Origin: Nemertoderma westbladi
Taxonomy: Eukaryota > Animalia > Xenacoelomorpha
Assembly: GCA_032718475.1 (NCBI GenBank)
Contig: JAUCBJ010007242.1
Coordinates: forward strand, 100,229 to 164,228
Reading direction: 5' to 3'
Length of the DNA stretch: 64,000 nucleotides
Under the pieces are notes generated by a model. It was not told where the DNA came from, searched no databases, and worked only from the letters and a program-made list of their open reading frames with translations. Positions 11,865 to 24,730 of this stretch are shown in pieces (the first letter of the stretch is position 1; every line of letters begins with the position of its first letter). Made by a program: the position numbers and the translations under genes.

Positions 11865-14705
11865 GTAAGTAGTCCAGATTCAGAAAAGTCATCTGGAGGC
11901 TCCGAAATATGTGCAACATGTTGAACATGAAAGAGAGCACATTTCTTTAGTGATGGTTAAAATCACGGAAAACTAATCGGCGTGTTGAGTTACTATTTGA
12001 AACCCTGTCAATCAACTTTTCACGAAATTGTTTTCCACTGTCTCCAGCGTCTAATAGTTTTTTTACTGCTTTTGCCATCGGAGATGAGACAGAATCGGCA
12101 AGGCTAAGTGCAAACCACAGGAGTTCGTGTCTATCTGGGTCCTCAATCGCTTTAACTAGGAAGTTTAGCTGTCTTTTTTTGACGATTGTTTCAACATCTA
12201 AAAGACCAGATTCAAGAAACATAAGGTCGTGGCAAACAGAAAATCGGACTCCAAGGGCACCCTTTAGCATTTCACAATATTTTACATTAACACTAGTGAC
12301 AGATGCACCGAGCCACGATTCACAGCCATACAGAAGAGCACTTGTTACACAAGCCCTCAGAACTTTGAGTTTTACACTTATTGGAGCCATATTATGCTTA
12401 GACAAGAATGAATGATACTTTAAAACGTGCTTTGATTTATCTTTTAAGTGCTGGTTAATAACATCTGAAATTCTCCCAGACTGAGCAATCGGAGAACCCA
12501 AGTAAACATAATGTGAACAGTTATTAATTGTAAGGCTGCTATCAATTACTATAGGATTTAGATCATCAGCTACACCACCTATAACCATAAATTTAGTCTT
12601 TTTCTAGTTTATTCTTAGTCCAAATTAATTACAAAACTGCACTAGCGCCGTAAGGTTCTGAATACATTTAGGCCGAGACGTGGCTAATATTGCAGAGTCA
12701 TCGACTAATAACAGTGCATGAAGGGCATTCAAAAAACCATCTGGGCCGAGAGACTTCAAGAGTTTTATTAGTGGGTTAACATACAGAGTAAATAAGTGTA
12801 AGCTGGATGGCCCACCCTGCAAAACTCCAACAGATATGATGAACTTTTCATCTCCAATACACCCATAGGACAACCTATACAACTCCCGTAAGGCATTTAA
12901 CATCCGCGTACCGCAACCCCATATCATGCAGCAGATCAGTAAGCTTCTTCCTGTTGACGGTATCAAATGCGGCTGAGAAATCTACAAAAACAATGAAGAG
13001 CTTTTGCTTTGTAAATTACGAATAATTGATAATTAGTTGTAAAGTTGTTATTTGTTCTAAGCAGTCTCTATGCTTCTGAGCACCTGCCTGCTCCTTGTCT
13101 GGATTAGCCCATAGACGGATCCGGGAGTGTAACATACTATCATAAAAGTTTTAAAAAATGCAACCATAACCCAATACCACGATAATTGCTACAAAGTGAT
13201 TTATCATCACGTTTGAATACAGGAACAAACTTGCTAGTTCTCCATGCTGAAGGAAAGTCACCACTAAACACAATGTTAAAAAGGGTAATTAAAAGTTTGA
13301 TAAGTGCTATTGGGCTATGGCGTAGCAAACCTGGCCCAAGTCCATCCACGCCTGATGATTTATTGGGTTTGAGTTTACTGATATGATATTTCACTTCTTC
13401 TTCCGATATGTCATCATCGAGGACAGGGATGTATGGACCTGTTGTATACGGTTGGTTTAATGTATCTCTCTCCAAAGTTTCAGCGTCTTGATTATTAAGT
13501 AGCTTACTAAAATAAGAAACAAAATCGCGATCTAAAGGTGTGGTGTCGGTAGTTTGTTCAGGCCTACAAGTAATTTTTCCTTTCCAGTTTATTCTATCCC
13601 AGATAGCCTTGGGGCTACCTGCCGTAAGTAAAGATATCCAAGAGCTCCCAGGTGAAGAGTTTCCATTGAGACTACTTTGGTTTTTACGACGGCTGTTTGC
13701 TGCACAGGAAATTAATGAATAAACAACAGTTCTAGCCACATAATCAGATGAACTGTCACACGGAATGTTCATAGCTGTAATTGACGACTGCACCTCATTA
13801 TTATATTTATTCGTGTCTACATTGTCTGGATAGTAGCTCGCATGTTTCGGCCCTAAATTCGCCTTTTCGTAGTAACTATAGTCACCTAGGTGAGACGTGA
13901 GAAGCAGCAAGCGATATTGATGATGAAGGTACCCCATTTATATCGAATCTCATATTCAGATAGATAGGTGAGTGATCAGATGGTAGATTATTTAACTGTA
14001 ACACATCGAAACTATCAATTAACGGTAATAATTTTAAGCTTATTAACGCGCAGTCGATTTCAGAGATGTACATGTCTTTCCGTTTAAACGTCAAACCGCC
14101 GCCTAATGAACGACTATTGAACGTTGCATGGCTAAGGTTTTCTAATTCGCAGTCTTCACAACGCTGTATCAATATTTTGCCATTGCTATTTCTGAAAGTG
14201 TCGATGACATTTTTAAAAGTTACAATAGATTTGCAATATTGAAAGCATCATTTAGATCACCAAATCTGGAATTTATATCCCCCATCAATACAATACTTTC
14301 ATGTCTTGCCACACCCAGACTGCCAGAACTTTACTATGAATGTCTGCTATAATTGTGGGATCGAAATAGCATGAGTCTGAAGGGGGTAAGTATAAGTACG
14401 CCGTACCGAAACCGCGAAAATTATATCGGGAATATTTTTTAAGCGAAACCATATTTGTTCATGCGACTTATCGATACAGTATAAAAGTGGCTATAGACTG
14501 TTCTTCACAAGTACGGCAACACCACCTCGGTGACCTTTTTCTGTAGCTATATTACGTATGGCAACAAAACCAGGGACACAGAATGGGTATGAAGTTTTTA
14601 ACTCTTGAATAAATACGAAATCCATTCTACTAAATAAATCCAGTACATTTGGTGAAAAAAATTTCTCAGCAATTCCACCCATATTCCATGATAAAAAAGA
14701 AAGAC
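11865..14705 (-). pseudogene. Degenerate non-LTR retrotransposon ORF2 (APE endonuclease plus RT), multiply frameshifted
   Basis: Motifs SWNMGG, FIQE, GGVAVLVK, IDCAL, SDHSPI (APE); KSSGVDG, W..S...PVFK, NYRGI, DFSAAFD, GVLQG, LLVDD, YVYLG, LLYGCESW (RT). Confidence 0.9.
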
Positions 14706-15620
14706 TATTAAACCGGTATAGGATTATTGTACGATTGGGCCTACAGCATATGACAGTTGATAATTTATTATTTATGTTATTATTAAAGTTGATCAGTGAA
14801 GTTGATTACTGATCAGATAGATTAATATGCTTAATAAGTATTTGTGCCTTTTTAACTTACAATGTACAGTAGGCGTACTTTACATCAGTAAATCTGATTG
14901 TCCTCCAGACTCCTGGATTAGGCCTACATCAATTTGCAGGGATAAAGTTGAGGCAGGGTCTGATAGTCTGTGTAGGCCTAATGTGCACACTATCAACCCA
15001 AATAGAAATATTATCCTCAACGGCGGTTCTTTCAGTTTGCGTCCTAATTAAACCCCCAAATTAACAACACTCACTGATTAACTTATCTTGACTCCATACT
15101 TTGGCTGAAAACCTCAATGACATAGGGGTGCCTACTCACCGCAACAGTGCTTTTCATAGCTCTTGAATCTTGAGTGCTTCAAACTATCAATACTTGTATC
15201 TCAACAAACTGATGTTGATAATGTACTTCCTGAAGTCTTTAAGATAAGAAACTTTATTAAAGAAGTGTGACCTTACCCCCCCCCCCCCCCCCCCTTCCTG
15301 CTTCTTCTTCAATTATTATGGTGGACTAACCAAAACAATAAACTAAACACAATACTGTATAGAACCAACCAATTTCTCCTGGAGAGGGATGAATTTTTAT
15401 TGCGTCCAGTCCCCCTCCCACCCCTATCTACTAGGATCGGCATGCTGCATTGCAGCTGCATTTTTAAGAAAGCTGTGCCGGCTATCTGGGGCTGTGACAG
15501 TATGAGCAAATTTCTTTAATTTCAAATATAAAAATATATATTACACCGTATTTTGATTGATTAATCCTGTATAGTTTTTACATATTTGCCGTTTGTGATA
15601 TACAGTAGTATCTACTGCAG

Positions 15621-17135
15621 AATGGGAATACGACTGCAGAATCGCCATCTTAATATTCTTTATTGCCTCGATTTCAAGCTATATATGTTATTATCATTTT
15701 ACTAATTAAGCTCCTTAGGAAACCGCAGGCCTCCATCTCCAAGTGGTGTACCAATCCTGGGCAATTTAATCAGTGCGTGGAGGTCCAAACATTCACTGGT
15801 CATGACTTATTGGCAGTGGAGCAAAGAATTATCCTTCAATATTATTCGGGAGCGTGTCCCTGGCCGAAGCATAATAGTGCTGAATTCCCTACAGTACCAT
15901 TGATTAGACAGACTTATATCGAGCAAAGCAATCTGTTCTCTGGGCACAACAGTAGCATAACTAAAAGAGGAATTATATTTTCCTCATGACATATATGGTA
16001 CCATCAAAGGAAGTTATTTATTCATGTCAGTGATGCGACAATTCTATCTTGGGAAAATATCATTTGAGCAACGTGTTGCAGAAGAAGCGAACTATCTTTG
16101 CCACTGGATGGAGGATCAAGAAGGTTCACCCTTTGATCCCTTTGTGATGCTTTTTTTTGTTTCTAATATTATCAGTGGAATTGTATTTGGAAATCGTTTC
16201 GAATATGATGATCCTGAGTTTATATATCTCCTACAACTGGTACACCAATCAGTTCGTATTTTCGTTTTGCTCTATGCTTTTCCAAAGTTCATTGTTGATG
16301 CTTTGGTTAGTGACAATGCCAATCCCCACAAACTGTTCGCAAACATGGCTCAAGTTTGTCAGAAACATATAGTTCATCATCTGGAGACCATCGATTATCC
16401 TCCACTCCCAGGGATTACATAGATGCGCATCTCTTGTAAGAGAAGAAGTATTTAGATTCTCTAGATACCAAAATTGCTGATTACTACAATGATTTGAATC
16501 TTTCCGAATCAATTAGAGACCTCTTCCTTGCAGGCAGTAAGACCACAAGTAGCGCACTCTACTGGTTCGTACTAATTCTAGCCACACATCCTGATGTTCA
16601 GAGTAAATGTCAGAGTCTCCTAGATTCAGAGGTCGGCAGAGACCGACTACCAAATCTCAACGACGTCTCAAAGCTACCATATTATGAAGCTTGTCTACTG
16701 GAGGTTCTTCGATATGGGGTTATTTCGCCCTCGGATATCAGTCGTAAAGTTCCACGTGATGTAACTATCAACTCCTTTACTATCCTGCCTAGCGATGTGG
16801 TCGTGATAAATATATGGGCTTTGCTGAGAGACCCTGTCGTCTGGGCCACGCCTACGGAATTCTATCCAGAACATTTCCTGACAGCAGATGGATCGGCTGT
16901 GGTCAAACCGGTTAATTTCCTTCCGTTTGGAGTTGAGGCAAGGTATTGTGCTGGACAGCGATTGGCTACCATGGAGTTTCGGATTTTTAGCAGCCATATC
17001 GTCCATTCATTCACTTTTGTGGGTGAGGGAGAACTTCAGTTGGGTGAAGTGGAACATGGTGGAACACGATTCCTAAATCATATAAAATTCGTGCTATTTC
17101 AAGGTTTAAATTTTACTTTTAATACAGTAATTTAA
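15621..17135 (+). pseudogene. Intronless cytochrome P450 (CYP2 clan) pseudogene
   Basis: PPSPSGVPILGNL, WYHQRKLF, FGNRFEYDDPEF, DLFLAGSKTT, EVLR, PEHFL and FLPFGVEARYCAG occur in order across several frames, with stops (e.g. TGA 15987-15989) and frameshifts. The start is approximate. Confidence 0.9.
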
Positions 17136-17214
17136 TCAAACTTTATGTATGTTTAATACTCGCCTTTGTGAGCCGACTTCGGTCTAAAACCAATATTATA
17201 ATTATTATTAGATG

Positions 17215-18439
17215 CGCAATAATTTTTATTGTCCGTTTAAATAGTTTTTTTGTCCTTTTTTTTATTTTTTATGTCCTCCAAAAATCTAATTTTAGGTTCC
17301 ATGCTACCGGTTTCTCTACTGCTGTTCTCTCAGGCTATCAGTACCGGTATTAGTATATATAGCATTATTTTGCTGCATTGTATGTACAGATGTAGGTATA
17401 AAGCCGTCATTTCTGTATTTTAGTACCGGCACCGGTACTGCTGTAGGCCTACTGTGTAGCCTACCATTTAAATACGGTACTGGGAGGCCTACCGGCTGAC
17501 CGGTTGTTTTGGTTAGAAAATCCCGCCTCTGTAACCTGCTCCTTTCCTTCATTTTGTAAAGTGACTGTTTATTGTTTGGTTAGAAAATCCCGCCTCTGTA
17601 ACCTGCCCCTTTCCCTCAATTAATTAAGTGATCGTTTATTGTTTTGGTTAGGACATCCCGCCTCTGTAACCTGCTCCGTTCTCTCAATTGGTAATGTTAT
17701 CGTTTATTTGTTTTGGTTAGAAAATCCCGTCTCTGTAACCTGCTCCTTTCCCTGATTTGGTAAAGTGACTGTTTGTTGTTTTGGTTAGAAAATCCCGCAT
17801 CTGTAACCTGCTCCTTTCTCTCAATTGGTAATGTTATCGTTTATTGTTTTGGTTAGAAAATCCCGTCTCTGTAACCTGCTCCTTTCCCTCAATTAGTTCA
17901 ATGATCGTTTATTGTTTTGGTTAGAAAATCCCGCCTCTGTAACCTGCTCGTTTCCCAGATTTGGTAAAGTGACTGTTTGTTGTTTTGGTTAGAAAATCCG
18001 GCCTTAACCTGTTCCTTTCCATCAATTGGTAATTGTTTTTGGCTATAAAATGAGTGTTTTGCTACGTCATGTGGTAATCGATTATCGACAACAACCACAA
18101 AATATTAAATTTAGAGTCTTTTACCACAGGCGCATATGGAATTCTATCTCATAGTCTATAAATCATGGAATCATGGAATGTTTTGGCACAGGCATAGTGA
18201 AATCAACTGTCCGACAGACCAGAAATCAACAAATTTTGAATGTTTTTGCATAGGCATGTTGAAATCAACTGTCTGACAGTCCAGAAATCAGCAGTCTGAC
18301 AGTTTGAAGAAATACATACATAAAAAGTCATTAAAAGGACAATAAAAGTCATTAAAAGGACAACAAAAGTCATTATGCACAATTCGTAAAAAAAGGAGGA
18401 CAAAAAAAGTCAAATAAAAGGACATAAAAAATCACTGCC
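17215..18439. mobile_element. Mutator-like non-autonomous element carrying a minisatellite
   Basis: 9-bp TSD TATTAGATG at 17206-17214 and 18440-18448. Imperfect TIRs with TGTCC/GGACA motifs. Confidence 0.65.
17503..18040. repeat. ~68-bp minisatellite, ~8 copies
   Basis: TTGTTTTGGTTAGAAAATCCCGCCTCTGTAACCTGCTCC recurs at 67-69-bp spacing. Confidence 0.9.
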
Positions 18440-20465
18440 TATTAGATGTGGCAGGCCTGAATGAATCTACAGCATTATTTTGGTGATAATTTAACATTGA
18501 GAAGAAATATATTTCGCCGAGATGGAATTTGATAGAAGTTTCCATCCTGTTTCTTCTATTGGCAAGGTCGCAAGGGCTTACAGTATTTTATCGGCCTGTA
18601 GTGCGAATCTACCAATCCCGGATTGTTAGCTGTAAAAACGAGTAAAAAATCGATTAATGAAACACTCGTAAACTCGAAACAATCGTATTTTGATGTCACA
18701 AATTCCATCTACTGTAATAATATAACTATTTAAGTGGTGGCTAAAAAGTAGGCTTTTTTTTTCGAGCGTTATTATTTGGCGAGCTTAGCGAGACAAATAA
18801 GAAAACAAGACAAAAAATGTTACTTTATGCCACCACTTACAGACAACATGTTGACCAGCGTTCTGAGATAAGATTACATCATGTTTATTACATAAGAGTA
18901 CCTACCTCTATTGCTATTTAATTACATTAATATATCATCCCTTTTTTTCCTTTAAAATGAAATCCATATAATTAATCAACTATTTCTAACGAGTAATGTA
19001 CTCACAAACCTTTCTGGTGTGAAAATTAAACTTCACTGTAAATAAGTTATTCAATGAAATATACTGCATCTCAGAGAATAGAGCGGTTTTGTTTCGTGTT
19101 AGTTCACAATTTAATAAGAAGTGGGTTTCATCTTGTATGCTAATATTATTACACGGGCAAAGCCTAAGTTCTCTGGGTGTTCGCCTCCAACGCCCTTTCT
19201 CTATACGAAGGTTATGCGATGAGAGTCAAATTCTACAGTAGTAAAAGCTTTCCTAAATAGTCTGGAATAATACTGTATGTCCTAATTGAGTAAATCGCAT
19301 GAGAATTTAGCACAGTATTAATATTGTACGGTAGGTTAAAAATTTAGTTGCCGTGATACTATAGGTTTTTCCAAAATAGGTTAAATTAATTCATTAGCAC
19401 CAGATAATTAAAGTTCAACCGCAGACATAAGATACCGAATTCTCTGCATAAATCTAACACTTGATGAATTGGGAGATTTAGATTACGACACGCTAGTATT
19501 TCAGTAATTTTGTCATGTTGTCATGATTTTTGTCATGTCTTTTTTTGGGGGGGGGGGGGGGGGGGGTGTGTGTGGAGTCAGTCGGAAACCTTTCTTTCTC
19601 AGATCTTTGGAGAAAATACGACGATGCCATAGTAACATTACGTTGTATATTAAAGTTAATTTATTTAGATACAATAAGAATTTGACATTGGAAATGTTGT
19701 AAAATACAATAACGAATGAAATCTAGAATAACTCTATTTTAATGCATATTGCATTCTGTGCACACACACGGGAATGAATGGTGAGGATATCCTGTTTGGT
19801 GTGAAGCAATAAGAATTAATTTTTACTTTTTTTTTAGCAACTTAGTTATATTTTACTCTTTGAATGTGACCTAAACCCCTAGAACACGTGACATGATATT
19901 CTTGATAAATAATTCCTCCAATAATTTTTATTTGTTGTAAGTGACTTATTTTGACAAATCCATTAATAATTTAATAAAAAAAAAGTTATGTACGAATTAA
20001 ATTACAAAGCTATTTCCATGACAATAATAATATTGCATTTAAATAGATAGCGCTGATGGTATCAACAGGTTATTTTATATTCTAGAATATTATAGGGCCT
20101 TAATATGGCATATTTTGCTATTTCGCTTTATATTATTTCACTAGGGAAGAATTACAGTATGCTTCGATGGACGATATTTATGCGGAAATAAGCCCAGATG
20201 AACTTACAATAAATAACAGATTATCTTACAAATAAAAAAAAATATTTTGTTTTGTTAAAATTTATTGTACAGGTAAATAAAAAATTTCAAAAATGTTGCC
20301 AGGAATTGGGCACCAATTAGGATAGACTCAGAATAAACAGTTTGTAGCAATCCATTTGTTACAGTTTACTATTATGTATAGATAATGTACAATGAAGTTC
20401 ATACAGTTATTGTAGACATATAAAACTTGTTTGTTTTTAGTAAGTATTTACTTAGTAGTTATAAG

Positions 20466-21923
20466 TTACTGATATCCCGCTAGGCGACTTATGGTAGGGT
20501 AGCGTGTGCGCATAGCCAAGCACTTCTCCCTGCATATAAACAAGCTGTTATCTTTGATTGCAATCTCCTTCTCCAAAGCCATTCGGGTCTCCATGAGGTC
20601 ACCTCTAGATGAATTCGCCATGTTAAGCTTATCTTTAAGAGCATCTATAGACCTTTGTATTTCATCGACTTCTTCGTGCAACCTCTTCTGAGCTGGATCA
20701 TCAGTAAGCTCCATTCTAGGTCTTCTTGTTCTCCCTTCCAATCTAGAGTGGGCTTTCATCATAGGCGGTTCTTTTTCCTTTATGGCTCTCTCAAGATCTC
20801 GAATATTCTTCTCTTGTTTCGTAATTTCATCGCAAACCTTTTTGAGATGATCACCAAGCTTTCTCTTCGCATCCAAGGTTTCCTCTAGACGTTTCACCAC
20901 GGCAGTTTCCACAACATTTGCTTGTTCACGCATATCATTCGCCGCGTCTGTGAGAATGTCATCAACTATTCCTCGAAGTTGCATTGAAGCCATTCGTTCA
21001 TTCTCTGCGCGTACGATGTTGTCATGCGTGTGTTGAGCCCAAGAAACTGTATCTGACACGGAACCATCAGAATTACTCAGATCTTTATACTGAATATCTT
21101 GCGAGTTAAGATTAAGACTAGCTGCTTTACCATCGATGGTAAGCGCTTCAAATTTATCCGACCAATCTTTATCTAACTCATGTTTAGCAGCTCTGTTCAA
21201 CCTCATTTGTTTATCAACTTCCGCGGTAGCTCTCTTAAGAAGATCCTGTACCTTCTTGATCAAAGAAACCTCTTTTAGAAGCTCGACTTCTACGTTATCA
21301 TGAACTAAATCGATACCTTGTCGACGTTCCCTGTTTCTCAAGCAATCAATCGCAATCATCAACGGTATCTGAGTGGCATCCAAAGCATTCTCTAAACGTC
21401 TCTTCTGGGCTTCGAGTAACTTATTCTCGTGTCTCATGTCTTCTATCTCGCGTTGAAGTTCATCTTTCCAATTACGAATATCACGCATTCTCTCTTTAAG
21501 CTTCTTGGTGACATCTGCCTGAGTAGCTTTAGCTAGTGCATCAGTCTCTGCAATAAGATTCTTACTATCAAATCGAAGTTTCTCCGAATTATCCCTATCA
21601 GCAAATGATTGATAATATTTGTTGTAGTTGTTTTGATGCCATTCTTCAATAGAATAAGGTGCTTCAATGAATTCCTTGACTAGAGAAGCATCGTACGGGT
21701 CACCGAGCTTGAGACTGGCAATACCACTGTCTCCGGTATCTTGCCAATGCCTCTCTCCAAAACCTTGTCTAGCTTCGCAACCATCATACAACTCTCCCTG
21801 ATCGTTGAGTAAAGTGCTTTTTGATGCTGTATAGGTGGGCGCAGTGGCATACGGTGGGAGTCTGATCTGACCTACAGAATGTCGCGTCCGTTCTAATGCT
21901 TCTTCTAGGTCCGGTGTCGGCAT
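20466..21923 (-). CDS. TEKT4: Tektin-4-like axonemal protein, single coding exon, 485 aa
   Basis: Intact coiled-coil ORF with EW..NN..YYQSFADRD.SE, ER..DI..WK.EL, CL..RE.R.GIDLVHD.VE.ELLKEV, DWSDK, RPRMEL and C-terminal YPTISRLAGYQ. Confidence 0.9.
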   Translation of the reverse strand: MPTPDLEEALERTRHSVGQIRLPPYATAPTYTASKSTLLNDQGELYDGCEARQGFGERHWQDTGDSGIASLKLGDPYDASLVKEFIEAPYSIEEWHQNNYNKYYQSFADRDNSEKLRFDSKNLIAETDALAKATQADVTKKLKERMRDIRNWKDELQREIEDMRHENKLLEAQKRRLENALDATQIPLMIAIDCLRNRERRQGIDLVHDNVEVELLKEVSLIKKVQDLLKRATAEVDKQMRLNRAAKHELDKDWSDKFEALTIDGKAASLNLNSQDIQYKDLSNSDGSVSDTVSWAQHTHDNIVRAENERMASMQLRGIVDDILTDAANDMREQANVVETAVVKRLEETLDAKRKLGDHLKKVCDEITKQEKNIRDLERAIKEKEPPMMKAHSRLEGRTRRPRMELTDDPAQKRLHEEVDEIQRSIDALKDKLNMANSSRGDLMETRMALEKEIAIKDNSLFICREKCLAMRTRYPTISRLAGYQ

Positions 21924-22089
21924 AGTTAATTGTTTCGGAATATATTGATATGTAAAATAAAAGTTTAATGTAATTAATTCCAGTTACATTCAACAATTAA
22001 CGCGGAAAGATAAATTTATATGAGAATTCTCGATAATAAAGAACGATGGCTAGTAATGATAGAATAGGGTGGATTGTTTTATTTATTTT

Positions 22090-22102
22090 GTAACTAGGCA
22101 AC
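22090..22102. promoter_or_regulatory. RFX X-box upstream of the tektin gene
   Basis: GTAACTAGGCAAC fits GTNRCY-N(0-3)-RGNAAC and lies ~170 bp 5' of the ATG of a ciliary gene. Confidence 0.7.
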
Positions 22103-23835
22103 CAACGCAATGATTTAGGATGTGTTGAATGATACATCAATTAATTCCCTTTCATTGTACACAATATTGAATATAGGGAGGGGCCTACGCAAGTACAGTA
22201 TATAGTAAGTTGGCAATACTTTATCTCCCCCAGAAGGTGAAAATTATCCCACCTTACATAACTTGTAGTGGATTCCGCCGGGCATTGTAAGTAATGGGAT
22301 AAAACATTTGGGTTGAAAAAAGTGAACCTTTGTAATATCGTGTTATATTTCAAATAGCGATGGATTTTGCTGATATTGTAACAGTTATTATACTAATTTC
22401 ACAATCGCATCAACTGTAATCCCAACCACCAAATACAGCTCATATTCATATTCATAAACTCGGTCTACTTATTAGCACCACAGTAAGACAAGGAACGATT
22501 TCAGAGTTCAAGTGCAATTTTAGTGATTTTTCGTGGCCTAGATTTGTATTTTCTCAAAATTTCACTGAGTATTATTAAACAGTATATAAAAGGTGTGTAG
22601 GGGCCTAATATTAACTCTTTACCGGTAACTTTTTATAAAAAGGAAATAACATTTTTAATGATATTTTCTGGTTACTATGCGCCCGAGTATACCTCAAAAT
22701 CGAGAGAAAAAGGAGAAAGATGGAATAATTTTTCCATATTGAAATAATGAACCGATACTGTAGGATTGCTTTTTTTATTTTTTTTTTCCCGGCAAAAAAG
22801 GCAAAATAAGAAAATGTGTAAATATTTTTGGTGGAAATTTCTTTTAAGATGATAGAGCATCGAAGTTGAAAAGGTTTGCACGTAATTTTAGAATATCATG
22901 CACGCACTCAAAGGTTATTTCAAATTTAGTGTCTGCAAGGTGTACTTACACCACAAGGGAACTTAATTAATATCCAATATATACCGGTACCGACTAGTTT
23001 ATGTATACTGTAGTTGTTAATCTGCTTTCTACTTGCGACTTATTCCAGAACATTAAATTATCTCGAAATCTAGACATTTAGGCCTATTATTAGGCCTACC
23101 TATTACTGCTGATTTTTTTAATAATTAGTATGGAATTAATTTCGCACTACCAAATCGCCAGGGTGACATATTTTCCAGCTTTATATCGCAGTACGACATT
23201 ATTTCTCAGTATGTCCCTACGCCATACATTTACTATGTATTTCCAGTATATCCAGTATGTCACGGCGGCCTCATTGTTAGATTGTTCTAGAAAGTTTAAA
23301 TGTGTAACTACAAATAATTACACACAAATAAATTAAATTATATGCGCTATTGTTCATAATTAGCACTTTAAAGTCTTTGTTACATAATGTCAACCATGGA
23401 TTTCTAAATATTAATTTATACCATTAAATATATAAATAACATTCTAATAAATAGGTATAAATAACATTCTAATAAATAGGTATAAATAACATTCTAATTA
23501 ATAGGTATAAATAACATTCTAGAAATCCATGTGTCAACTTATCAGCGTTCTGGTGAATTACTCGTAACGCTGAAAGGTCCCACCATGCAGCGTTTGTGAA
23601 TGGGCTGCACTTAATTATCTGCAGGTACATACAATTAGTATAATTAATTATTGTGTTAGACATACAGTACGTTATGTTTCCTTTGTCTATATCATTCAAA
23701 TCTATATAAATGTATCTATTATACTGTACTATCTTGGTATTGTTGTTGAAAAAAAAATGCAGCGTTGTTACGGCCTGGAACACTGCAAAGTAATCAATAA
23801 CCTGGAAACAACTTCAATTACCGTATTCTAGAATG

Positions 23836-24730
23836 TGGGGCGAGCCACGAAGTTGGCGGAGCCTTAGCGAATTGACACTGTTAGGGGGTGGGTCAATTTA
23901 TGCAAATAGTTGTCGTCGTCGTCGTCGTCGTTGTCGTCGTCGTCGTCGTCGTCGTTGTCGTCGTCGTCGTCGTCGTCGTCGTTACGATTTTGACATGCTA
24001 ATAACTTTGTCGGATTTAAAGCTGCCAAGTTGAAAATTTGTAGGTATCAATATGAGCAAAAGTTGAGATTTTTGAGAGACTTTCAGACACCATCAGTGCA
24101 ATGGTCTCCCGCTAGAGGGCCACATGTCTAAACATTAAATGCCCTCCCATTTCTTTGCTTTTAATCCGTTTAAGCTGAAACTTGGCAGATATGTATTAGA
24201 CCATTAGCTGTGACTTTCAAAGGAGGCGAATCCATCTGCAGTTCTCCAGTCTGCCGCTAGAGGGCCAAATGTCTGAAAGTGAAATCGTTGTCGTCGTTAT
24301 GATATTGACATGCTTATAACTTTGTCGAATTTAAAGCTGCCAAATTGAAAATTTGTTTTGTTGAAAATCAGTTCAACAGTCACCCGCTATAGGACTACTT
24401 TATGCCTGAAAGTGAATAGATTCTCCCGTCTCATTGATTTTAATCAGTTTAAGCTGAATCTTGCCATATATTCTGGACCACATGCTGCGTCTTTGTGGGG
24501 GGGGGGGGGGGGGGGGGAGATTTAATCGGTCTGCCGCTATACGACGAAATTTCTGAAAGTGAGATCCGTCTCTCATTTCGTTATCCGTTATTCAAGATGA
24601 AACTTGGCCGATGTACGTATGTACTATTCATCCATAGGCTGTGTCTTTGTGGGGCTGGAGACCCTAATCCATCTTCAGTTCTCACTATACCGCTAGAGTC
24701 AGAAATGTCTGAATAGTAATACCGTCCCAA
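23836..24730 (+). mobile_element. Helentron/HINE-like non-autonomous repeat (boundaries uncertain)
   Basis: 5' imperfect hairpin (GAGCCACGAAGTTGGC), (GTC)n microsatellite at 23911-23982, then degenerate ~145-bp units with CCGCTA...TGAAAGTG and TGAAACTTGGC. Confidence 0.5.

Noticed and set aside
23833-24033. Arg-rich protamine-like ORF
   Set aside because: Translation of a (GTC)n microsatellite.
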